Below, piece after piece: positions 19,810 to 27,997 of a stretch of 64,000 nucleotides of DNA. Positions within the stretch are counted from its first letter, which is position 1; every line of letters begins with the position of its first letter. The stretch spans positions 16,842-80,841 of the forward strand of contig JAGAKG010000037.1 in NCBI GenBank assembly GCA_017625755.1. The letters are read 5' to 3'. Both the position numbers and the translations under genes were made by a program. The notes below the pieces were generated by a model. It was given only the letters and a program-made list of their open reading frames with translations. It had not been told where the DNA came from and made no database searches. Origin of the DNA: Clostridia bacterium. GTDB taxonomy: Bacteria; Bacillota; Clostridia; Oscillospirales; CAG-272.

Positions 19810-20712
19810 ATGAAACAAAAAATAACTTCAACGGCGTTGCTTTTTCTGACTGCGATAATCTGGGGATTTGCCTTTGTCGCGCAGGTAGAGGGAGCAAACC
19901 ATATCGGCGCGTTTACCCTCAACGGAGTGAGATTTACGATAGGAATAATTTCTCTTTTGCCCGTGGTGCTTTTCTTTGAGAGAGGCCGCTCGGACGCAGA
20001 AACGAGAAAAAAGACCTTCCTCTATTCGCTTCTTGCGGGAGCGGTGCTTTTCAGCGCGTCGATGCTTCAACAGTTCGGAATACATTACACGGGAAGCGCT
20101 GGAGTCGCGGGATTTATCACGGGGCTTTATACCGTATTTATCCCGCTTGCCTGCTTCCTGCTATTTAAAACGAAAACGGGGCTTAATGTCTGGCTCGGCG
20201 CGATATGCGCCATAGTTGGGCTTTTCTTGCTCTGCTATAAATCGGGTGAGGGGGTTCACTTCGGGCTTGGAGAGCTTCTGCTGCTTGTGGGCTCGTTTTT
20301 CTGGACGGCGCATATGATAATTGTGGACAGGCTAGGTAAGAGCTTGCGCTCCTTGCACTTCGCTTGGGGACAGTTTGCGGTATGCGCGTTGCTTGGCGTT
20401 GTTTCTATGTTTATATTTGAAACACCTACGCTCGAAGGCATAGCGGCGGCAAAATGGTCGCTCCTCTATTGCGGAGTACTCTCGGTAGGCGTGGCGTATA
20501 CCTTGCAGATAGTGGCGCAGAAGCGCGCAGACCCCACCTTTGCCGCAATAGTCCTTTCGACGGAATCGGTTTTCAGCGCGGTGGGCGGAGTCTTTTTCGG
20601 AATAGACAGTATCTCGGCTCTCGGTTACCTCGGATGCGGACTTATCTTCGCGGGTATCGTAGCGTCACAGATAGACCTCAAAAGGAAGAAAAAGGATATC
20701 TCTTTAAAATAA
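19810..20712 (+). CDS. DMT-superfamily (EamA-type) transporter
   Basis: 300 aa with about 10 TM segments in two EamA-like halves. Confidence 0.85.
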   Translation: MKQKITSTALLFLTAIIWGFAFVAQVEGANHIGAFTLNGVRFTIGIISLLPVVLFFERGRSDAETRKKTFLYSLLAGAVLFSASMLQQFGIHYTGSAGVAGFITGLYTVFIPLACFLLFKTKTGLNVWLGAICAIVGLFLLCYKSGEGVHFGLGELLLLVGSFFWTAHMIIVDRLGKSLRSLHFAWGQFAVCALLGVVSMFIFETPTLEGIAAAKWSLLYCGVLSVGVAYTLQIVAQKRADPTFAAIVLSTESVFSAVGGVFFGIDSISALGYLGCGLIFAGIVASQIDLKRKKKDISLK

Positions 20713-20880
20713 ATGTATACCGATATATAGGTCGCGCAAATAATACACCCGAGGGGGTGTTTATATGACTGGAAGAGGTCGTGATTTCGCGATTGGATTT
20801 ATGATGTGCTTTGCCGCGCTTGGCGCGGTTGCGGCGATTCTGATTGCCGTTTTTATGATGTAAATTTCTCGGAGGTGTCG

Positions 20881-21618
20881 ATGAGACTTGACAGATTTTT
20901 AAGTGAATGTGCCGTTGCCACGCGAAGTGAGAGCAAGAGAGCTGTGAGGAGCGGGGCGGTTTTTGTGAATGGCGTCTGCGCCAGAAACGCCGATACTGCG
21001 GTCGACCCCGAGCGAGACGAGATATTCTTCAGAGGGCAGAAGGTGATTTATCGCAAATACACATATATACTTCTGAATAAGCCGGACGGATATGTGAGCG
21101 CTACCGACGACACGAGGGAGAGAACCGTGCTTGATTTGCTCACGCCAGAGCTTCGCAAAAAGGGTGTTTTCCCCTGCGGAAGGCTGGATAAAAACACGCT
21201 CGGACTTATGCTTTTGACCGATAACGGAGAGCTTGCGCACAGGCTTCTCTCGCCGAAAAATCATGTCGAGAAGAAATATAAATTCAAATCGAAATTTCCG
21301 ATAAGCCCCGAGGACGCAAAGCGCTTCGAGGCGGGCGTTACGCTTGAGGACGGGTATGTCACGCTGCCTGCGAAAATCGAGCTTGACGAGAGCCGTGACG
21401 GGGGAGTGATAACCCTGCGCGAGGGCAAATATCATCAGATAAAGCGAATGCTTGATTCGCTTGGAAACAAAATAACTTATCTTGAAAGAATCAGCTTTGC
21501 GAGTCTCGTGCTTGACGCGGGACTTGAACGCGGAGAGTGGCGCTATCTGAGCGACGCCGAGGCGGCAGAGCTTGAAAATATCGCCGCGTCCTCGGAGGAC
21601 ACGGAAAAACAAATATAG
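20881..21618 (+). CDS. rsuA: 16S rRNA pseudouridine synthase, RsuA family
   Basis: ATG 20881. S4 domain (MRLDRFLSECAVATRSESKRAVRSGAVFVNG) and GRLDKNTLGLMLLTDNG. Confidence 0.9.
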   Translation: MRLDRFLSECAVATRSESKRAVRSGAVFVNGVCARNADTAVDPERDEIFFRGQKVIYRKYTYILLNKPDGYVSATDDTRERTVLDLLTPELRKKGVFPCGRLDKNTLGLMLLTDNGELAHRLLSPKNHVEKKYKFKSKFPISPEDAKRFEAGVTLEDGYVTLPAKIELDESRDGGVITLREGKYHQIKRMLDSLGNKITYLERISFASLVLDAGLERGEWRYLSDAEAAELENIAASSEDTEKQI

Positions 21619-21629
21619 GACGGTGCAAA

Positions 21630-23789
21630 ATGGATATTATCAAAAAACTTGCAGAGGAGCTGAAGCTCAGAGAGGAGCAGGTCGAGAGGACTGTCGAGCT
21701 TATCGACGAGGGAAATACCATTCCCTTTATCGCCCGCTACCGTAAGGAGGTCACGGGAAGCCTTGACGACGAGGTGCTCCGTAAGCTGGAGGACAGGCTT
21801 ACATACCTGAGAAATATAGAAAAGAGAAAGGAAGAGGTCAAAAATCTTATCGCGGAGCAGGGCAAGCTCACCGACGAGCTTGCGGCTCAGATAGATAACG
21901 CTGTGACCATTACCGAGGTCGACGATATTTACAGACCCTTCCGTCCTCACAGAAAGACAAGAGCGTCTGTCGCGAGAGAAAGAGGTCTCGGAGAGCTTGC
22001 TGAGCTCATTATGAGCCAGCTTGATAAATACGAGCCCTCGCTCATAGAGGCGGCGGAGGCGTATGTAAGCGAGGAAAAGGGCGTCGAGAGCGCCGAGGCG
22101 GCGCTGAAGGGAGCCTGCGATATAATTGCCGAGGATGTTTCGGATAATGCCGAATACAGAAAGACGGTAAGACGCATAACCTTTGATTTCGGTCTGCTGA
22201 GCTCCAAGGCGGCGAAGGACGAGGACTCGGTATATTCGCAGTATTACGAGTATTCCGAGAGCATCAAGAAGATGCCACACCACAGAATACTTGCGGTAAA
22301 CAGAGGAGAGAACGAGGGCTTTCTCAAGGTGTCCATAACCGTGGAGAAGGATATGATACTCAATTATCTGCTATCCGAGGTTATAACCAATCAGTCGAGC
22401 CCCGCTTACAAATACATATACGAGGCGGTGATCGACAGCTATGACAGACTTATCGCGCCCTCTATCGAGAGAGAGATAAGAAACGATATGACAGACGCGG
22501 CGGGTGAGGGAGCTATCGCTCTTTTCTCGGAAAATCTTCGCCACCTGCTTATGCAGGCGCCCCTTAAGGGCAAGACCGTGCTTGGATTTGACCCCGGATA
22601 TATCAACGGCTGTAAAACGGCTGTCGTCGACAAGACGGGAAAGGTGCTTGACACCGCGGTTATTTATCCCACGACGCACTCCAAGTCCAGAATAGAGGAG
22701 GGCAAGAGGATAATCTCGGCTATGGTGAAGAAGTACAAGGTCGATGTTATCGCGATAGGAAACGGCACGGCTTCCAAGGAGAGCGAGATATTTATCGCAG
22801 AGACGCTTCGTGAATCGGGCTGTGATTTCTGTAAATATATTATCGTGAACGAGGCAGGTGCGTCTGTCTACTCGGCGTCAAAGCTCGCGGCAGAGGAATT
22901 CCCGCAGTTCGATGTTATGCAGCGCTCGGCGGTTTCTATCGCGCGCAGACTTCAGGACCCTCTGGCAGAGCTTGTAAAGATAGACCCCAAGTCGATAGGT
23001 GTCGGACAGTATCAGCACGATATGAAGCAGGCAAGACTTGACGGCGCGCTCAAGGGCGTGGTCGAGGACTGCGTTAACGCGGTAGGCGTCGATATAAACA
23101 CCGCTTCCTATTCTCTCCTTTCTTATATATCGGGTATCAATATCACGAGCGCAAAGAATATCGTGAAATACCGCGAGGAGAACGGTGAGTTCAAGTCACG
23201 CTCGCAGATACTCAAGGTTCCGAGAGTCGGAGCAAAGGCATTCGAGCAGTGCGCGGGATTCTTGCGCGTGCCGCACTCGAACGAGATACTTGATAATACG
23301 GGAGTTCACCCCGAATCCTACGACGCGGCAAAGAAGCTTCTTTCTATGTTTGGTTACACTATGGATGATGTCGCCGAGGGCAAGCTCGCGGAGCTTGATG
23401 AAAAGATTTCGTCAAAGGGAAGAAAGGCTGTCTGCGAGGAGTTGGGCATAGGTGAGCCTACGCTGAAGGATATCGTCACAGAGCTGCTCAAGCCGGGACG
23501 AGATGTGCGTGATTCTCTTCCGCCTCCCGTGCTTCGTGACGATGTAATGAGTATGGAGGACCTCAAGCCCGATATGATACTCGACGGAGTTGTGAGAAAT
23601 GTTATAGATTTCGGCGCTTTCGTCGATATCGGCGTGCATCAGGACGGCTTGGTTCATATCTCCGAGCTTTCCAACCGATTTGTAAAGCACCCCTCCGAGG
23701 TGGTCTCGCTCGGCGACTCGGTAAAGGTAAGGGTGTTGTCGGTTGATTTGAAGAAAAAACGCATATCCTTGTCGATGAAAGGAATATGA
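21630..23789 (+). CDS. tex: Tex-family transcription accessory protein (S1 RNA-binding)
   Basis: 719 aa. N-terminal IPFIARYRKE, a YqgF/RuvC-like core, and a C-terminal S1 domain GVVRNVIDFGAFVDIGVHQDGLVHISEL. Confidence 0.95.
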   Translation: MDIIKKLAEELKLREEQVERTVELIDEGNTIPFIARYRKEVTGSLDDEVLRKLEDRLTYLRNIEKRKEEVKNLIAEQGKLTDELAAQIDNAVTITEVDDIYRPFRPHRKTRASVARERGLGELAELIMSQLDKYEPSLIEAAEAYVSEEKGVESAEAALKGACDIIAEDVSDNAEYRKTVRRITFDFGLLSSKAAKDEDSVYSQYYEYSESIKKMPHHRILAVNRGENEGFLKVSITVEKDMILNYLLSEVITNQSSPAYKYIYEAVIDSYDRLIAPSIEREIRNDMTDAAGEGAIALFSENLRHLLMQAPLKGKTVLGFDPGYINGCKTAVVDKTGKVLDTAVIYPTTHSKSRIEEGKRIISAMVKKYKVDVIAIGNGTASKESEIFIAETLRESGCDFCKYIIVNEAGASVYSASKLAAEEFPQFDVMQRSAVSIARRLQDPLAELVKIDPKSIGVGQYQHDMKQARLDGALKGVVEDCVNAVGVDINTASYSLLSYISGINITSAKNIVKYREENGEFKSRSQILKVPRVGAKAFEQCAGFLRVPHSNEILDNTGVHPESYDAAKKLLSMFGYTMDDVAEGKLAELDEKISSKGRKAVCEELGIGEPTLKDIVTELLKPGRDVRDSLPPPVLRDDVMSMEDLKPDMILDGVVRNVIDFGAFVDIGVHQDGLVHISELSNRFVKHPSEVVSLGDSVKVRVLSVDLKKKRISLSMKGI

Positions 23790-23990
23790 GTTTTAATAAA
23801 TTAAAATCTTTGAGAGCTTTGTTTATTGCAAATTGATGCAAAAAAAGACAAATTTGTATATATTGCACAAACAAAGACGCAAAATTTTGGAGATTTACCC
23901 TCTTTAAATTTTGCAATAAATTTGGTACAATATTAGGGTACAGAAGTATGTTTATCACAAAAGGATTATATCATAGGAGGAACTTCCCAA

Positions 23991-25100
23991 ATGGCAAGTA
24001 TTTCACTTAGACACATTTACAAAAAGTATCCGGGAGGCGTTACCGCTGTATCGGATTTCAACCTTGAAGTTAAAGACAAAGAATTTCTCGTTCTCGTTGG
24101 ACCTTCCGGATGTGGAAAGACAACGACCCTGCGTATGATTGCAGGACTTGAGGAGATCACCGAGGGTGAGCTCTTCATCGGTGACGATCTCGTAAACGAT
24201 GTTGCACCCAAGGACAGAAAGATCGCGATGGTTTTCCAGAACTACGCTCTTTATCCTCACATGACTGTTTTTGAAAATATGGCGTTCGGTCTTAAGCTGA
24301 ACAAGACCCCCAAGGAGGAGATCAAGAGACGAGTTGAGGAAGCAGGAAGAGTCCTCGGAATCACCCACCTTCTCGACAGAAAGCCTAAGGCTCTTTCGGG
24401 TGGTCAGAAGCAGCGTGTTGCGCTCGGTCGTGCTATCGTTCGTAACCCCAAGGTATTCCTTCTTGACGAGCCGCTTTCCAACCTTGACGCTAAGCTCCGC
24501 GCATCGATGAGAACCGAGCTTACCAAGCTTCACAACAGAGTTGGAACAACATTCGTATATGTAACTCACGACCAGGTCGAGGCTATGACCATGGCAACGA
24601 GAATCGTTGTTATGAAGGACGGTCTTATCCAGCAGGTCGATACTCCTCAGAACCTTTACGATTCTCCTTGCAATATCTTCGTTGCAGGATTTATCGGAAC
24701 ACCTCAGATGAACTTTATGAACGGAACCCTCACAAAGAAGGGCGACGATGTATACTTCAACTTCGAGGGCGTTTCGCTCAAGCTTCCCAAGGACAAGGCA
24801 GAGGCTCCCGAGCTTGCTGAGTACATAGGCAAGGAAGTTGTTGCAGGTCTCCGTCCTGAGTGTATCAGCGACAGTGCAGAGATTGACCAGGCAGCAGAGA
24901 ACTTCTTCAAGGTTGATGTTGATGTTACCGAGCTTATGGGTGCTGAGATTTATCTCTACCTCAGCATTGGCGAGTCTAACCTCATTGCTCGTGTTTCCTC
25001 TCGTTCCAAGACAAGAGCGGGCGACAACATAACAGTATCCTTTGATATGTCGAGACTTCACATCTTCGATAAGGATACAGAGCGTTGCATCATTCACTAA
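23991..25100 (+). CDS. Sugar ABC transporter ATP-binding protein (MalK/UgpC/MsmK type), orphan
   Basis: Walker [10 protein letters not shown], signature LSGGQKQRV, Walker [13 protein letters not shown]-terminal regulatory/TOBE-like domain. No permease or binding-protein gene is adjacent. Confidence 0.9.
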   Translation: MASISLRHIYKKYPGGVTAVSDFNLEVKDKEFLVLVGPSGCGKTTTLRMIAGLEEITEGELFIGDDLVNDVAPKDRKIAMVFQNYALYPHMTVFENMAFGLKLNKTPKEEIKRRVEEAGRVLGITHLLDRKPKALSGGQKQRVALGRAIVRNPKVFLLDEPLSNLDAKLRASMRTELTKLHNRVGTTFVYVTHDQVEAMTMATRIVVMKDGLIQQVDTPQNLYDSPCNIFVAGFIGTPQMNFMNGTLTKKGDDVYFNFEGVSLKLPKDKAEAPELAEYIGKEVVAGLRPECISDSAEIDQAAENFFKVDVDVTELMGAEIYLYLSIGESNLIARVSSRSKTRAGDNITVSFDMSRLHIFDKDTERCIIH

Positions 25101-25110
25101 TTGAAATTGT

Positions 25111-25141
25111 AGGGCTATTGCAATCGCAATAGCCCTTTTTA
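25111..25141 (+). terminator. Intrinsic terminator after the ABC ATPase gene
   Basis: Stem AGGGCTATTGC / GCAATAGCCCT with an AATC loop, then TTTTT. Confidence 0.85.
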
Positions 25142-25178
25142 TGACTTTAAAGTTTTTTATAATGGTGTGAAAAAATAC

Positions 25179-25214
25179 AATACCGACGCAGAGAAATTTC
25201 TCTGCGTCGGTATT
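25179..25214. terminator. Perfect 36-bp palindrome, probable terminator for the convergent dac-like gene
   Basis: AATACCGACGCAGAGAAA / TTTCTCTGCGTCGGTATT. On the minus strand it is followed by GTATTTTTT. Confidence 0.6.
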
Positions 25215-25305
25215 TGCCTATTGTGAGTATTTGTTTTATATTTCAACACAAAAATACTGCGATATAAGCATTTTAAAAACCTAATATAAGTCGAATTTTA
25301 CAATA

Positions 25306-26658
25306 TTAATGGTTTTTGTATCGAATTTTCTTTGCCGTCCTTCTTCGCTTTTTATAGTCGAAAAAGTAGAACCAAATAAAAAATAAAATCAAGAAGCAAA
25401 GGAGTGAAATTATCACGGTGCGACCCGTTATGAAATTCTTTATCTCGTCGATTTTGAGTGTGAAACTGTTCACATCGACGCTCTTGTGCAGCACGAGCGG
25501 GACGGTGTCAACTATCTCTCCGTTATAATAGAAATCCACTCCGCCAACCCTTGTCCCCTCGGTCAAGGGGGCGCTTAGTCTGTCGGAATAGAGATAATAT
25601 TTATAGCTTATCTCATTCTCGGTGTCTGCCGAGAGCGGAATATATACGCGCGCGTCGGCACCCGTTACCGCAGATACCTCGGGCTCGCTACTCTCGCCCT
25701 TCTTGGTCTGAGTCAGCGCAAAATCCACAGGGATATCGCAGATATATTCGCCCTTTTTCATTATCGGAACAAATCCGAGATTGTACGCCGCGTATGCGAT
25801 AAGGTCGTTTGCGATGGCAAAGGAGTTTATCGTGTCGCCCTTTTCGTTGGCACCCATAACCACGCAGAGATACGAGGCATCGCCTATCGTTGCCCTTGTG
25901 ACTACGCAGTATCCGCCGTTGTCTGTCATACCTGCAATCATTCCATCGGCGTACTTGTTGGTGTACCCCTGCGCGTAATATGAGCTTATCAGGGCGTTTC
26001 TGTTGTTGAGAGTGTAGTCCTCTTTGTCACTTATAAAGCTGACATTTCGCGATACGGCGGAGCTTATTTCCATATAGCGCTCATTGTCGAGTGCCTCCTT
26101 GGCAATACGCACCGTATCTGTTAGCGTCGTGACCATTTTTGCGTCGTCCCATCCCGTGGGATTCGTGTATCGCGTGTTCTCGGCGCCAAGCGAGTAAGCC
26201 CGCTGATTCATAAGCGCAACGAAGTCGCTCACGCTTCCCGAGACCGCGTATGCCAGAGCGTACGCCGCATCGTTGCAGCCACCGCACACGACCCCGTATA
26301 TAAGCTCCTCGGCACTTATCACATCGCCCTCGGCGAGCCTCATACTCGTTCCCTCGGAGGCGGAAAGCATAGCGGCGGTTATCGTTACGGGAGTGTCAAG
26401 CTTACCCTCGAAATGCTCAAGCGCAAGAAGCCCCGTCATAATTTTTACGGTCGAGGCAGGCGCAATTGCGCCGTCAGGATTCTTTTTGAGCAAGACCTTG
26501 CCCGTCTCAAGATTTGCAAAATAGACATTTTTTGCGCGGCTCACATCGGGCAGACCCTCGCTGTAGCTTGACGAGGAAACGCTCACAAGAGAGCAGAGAA
26601 TAAGCGAGGCGCATAAGAAAAGGAGGCATATCGCCCTTATGAAAAATCTTTTTTTCAC
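25306..26658 (-). CDS. PBP5-like D,D-carboxypeptidase homolog with degenerate active-site motifs and a C-terminal TM anchor
   Basis: Signal peptide with SxxK retained (ASTVKIM). At the aligned SxN position it reads GGCNDAA, and at KTG it reads GMIAGMT (compare the dacB at 4711-5832). C-terminal TM plus KKRRR tail. Confidence 0.8.
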   Translation of the reverse strand: MKKRFFIRAICLLFLCASLILCSLVSVSSSSYSEGLPDVSRAKNVYFANLETGKVLLKKNPDGAIAPASTVKIMTGLLALEHFEGKLDTPVTITAAMLSASEGTSMRLAEGDVISAEELIYGVVCGGCNDAAYALAYAVSGSVSDFVALMNQRAYSLGAENTRYTNPTGWDDAKMVTTLTDTVRIAKEALDNERYMEISSAVSRNVSFISDKEDYTLNNRNALISSYYAQGYTNKYADGMIAGMTDNGGYCVVTRATIGDASYLCVVMGANEKGDTINSFAIANDLIAYAAYNLGFVPIMKKGEYICDIPVDFALTQTKKGESSEPEVSAVTGADARVYIPLSADTENEISYKYYLYSDRLSAPLTEGTRVGGVDFYYNGEIVDTVPLVLHKSVDVNSFTLKIDEIKNFITGRTVIISLLCFLILFFIWFYFFDYKKRRRTAKKIRYKNH

Positions 26659-26689
26659 GGCTCTGCCTCCTTTTTATTTTTTCTTTGTT

Positions 26690-26908
26690 TCAGTCCAAAT
26701 AATTTTTGATCATCTCCGCGAGGATATCATCGCGGTCGAGCTTGCGGATAATGCTTCTCGCCCCGTCGGTGTCGGGAATATATGTAGGATCTTCGGAAAG
26801 AATGTAGCCCGAAAGCTGAGTTACGGGATCGTATCCGCTCTTGATGATAGCGTCCTTGACCAACTGAAGCTTAGCGGCTATATCCGAATTTTTGTTTTCG
26901 TTAGACAT
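26690..26908 (-). CDS. ireB: IreB-family regulatory phosphoprotein (UPF0297)
   Basis: 72 aa from ATG 26908 with a GGAGGT SD. GYDPVTQLSGYILSEDPTYIP is typical of this family. Confidence 0.8.
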   Translation of the reverse strand: MSNENKNSDIAAKLQLVKDAIIKSGYDPVTQLSGYILSEDPTYIPDTDGARSIIRKLDRDDILAEMIKNYLD

Positions 26909-27005
26909 ACATACCTCCGTGGTGATTTTTGCTCTAATATACATTATATACCATTGCAGACAAAATATCAAGAGAAAAATCGCAATTTAGCGAAAAGCTT
27001 CTCCT

Positions 27006-27563
27006 TTATTTTTCTTTACGAAGCAGATTTTCCAGCCGCGCCGAAAGATAAGATGCCAGAAGGAGCTTTGCGAGGTCGGGGAGAATAAAGGGGATAACGC
27101 ACGCCCAGAGCGCCGCGCTCAGCCCCGCCGAGGAATCTGACGCGCGGGAAACGGCGAGAAACCAAAGCACTCCCGCGGTATAGCATACGAGAAGCGAGAG
27201 CAGCATAGAGAGTGCTGTGACCGACTTTCTGTTGCCGAAAAATTTCACGGAAAGCGATATTATCAGCGTCGCAATAATAAATCCGATGAGATATCCGCCC
27301 GTGGCACCGAAAAGCACAGAAATTCCGCCGCGAAAGCCTGCGAAAACGGGAACGCCGATAAGCCCGAGGGTTGTATATACAAGAATCGACATAATACTTT
27401 GCCTCGGAGAGAGCAGAGCGGCGACGAGAAATACCGCGAAAAGCTGGAGAGTGAAGGAGACGCCCGATAAAAAGGGAACTGAAATATATGAGCAGACTGT
27501 GATAAACGCCACACTTATGGCTATGAGCGTCAGGTCTTGCGTGGCTCTTTGCCGTCGGTTCAT
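27006..27563 (-). CDS. bioY: Biotin transporter BioY (ECF S-component)
   Basis: ATG 27563 with an AAGGAG SD. VPFLSGVSFTLQLFAVFL...GVPVFAGFRGGISVLFGATGGYLIGF is typical of BioY. Confidence 0.85.
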   Translation of the reverse strand: MNRRQRATQDLTLIAISVAFITVCSYISVPFLSGVSFTLQLFAVFLVAALLSPRQSIMSILVYTTLGLIGVPVFAGFRGGISVLFGATGGYLIGFIIATLIISLSVKFFGNRKSVTALSMLLSLLVCYTAGVLWFLAVSRASDSSAGLSAALWACVIPFILPDLAKLLLASYLSARLENLLRKEK

Positions 27564-27699
27564 ATTTTTTTCTCCTTTCGTCGCATAGTGTCGTACCACG
27601 ATAGTATACCATTTTTGAGCTTTACTTGCAAGAGTTAATTTGAAAATGCGGTTGAATACAGCGCGGTGAGCGTGGGTGTAGATATAAGAAAGGTTATCG

Positions 27700-27935
27700 C
27701 AAACGAAAGCCTCCCTCCGAGAGGTAGCGAAGCGGCGCGAGGGTAGTGAATGACACCACGGTGTGGTGTCAGAGCCCGAGCGTGACCGAGCCGAAGCGAG
27801 ACGGGGGACCGCTTGCGGTGGAAGGAGCCTGCGTTATGAAGAAGAAAGCCTTGCTAAATTCAATGTTACGGATTCTCCTTCAGTCTCGCGTTCGCTCGAC
27901 AGCTCCCTCTCGGAGGGAGCCTTGCGAAAATCCTC
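27700..27935. repeat. Mosaic block of short hairpins (member A of an intergenic repeat family)
   Basis: Hairpins GACACCAC-ggt-GTGGTGTC (about 27752-27770) and GCTCCCTC-tcg-GAGGGAGC (27902-20). The sub-modules resemble those at 37388-37680 and 46775-47125. No credible ORF. Confidence 0.5.
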
Positions 27936-27973
27936 AAAAAGACACAACGGCTACCGCCGAAGCGGTAGCCGTT
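27936..27973 (-). terminator. Intrinsic terminator of the LRR protein gene
   Basis: Stem AACGGCTACCGC (27946-57) / GCGGTAGCCGTT (27962-73). The minus-strand tail is GTGTCTTTTT. Confidence 0.75.
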
Positions 27974-27997
27974 GATGTTTGTTCAATTTACTTTACT

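Noticed and set aside
21543-22283. 246-aa minus-strand ORF
   Set aside because: It is antisense to the 5' part of tex.
24003-25097. 364-aa minus-strand ORF
   Set aside because: It is antisense to the ABC ATPase, which has intact Walker A/B and signature motifs.
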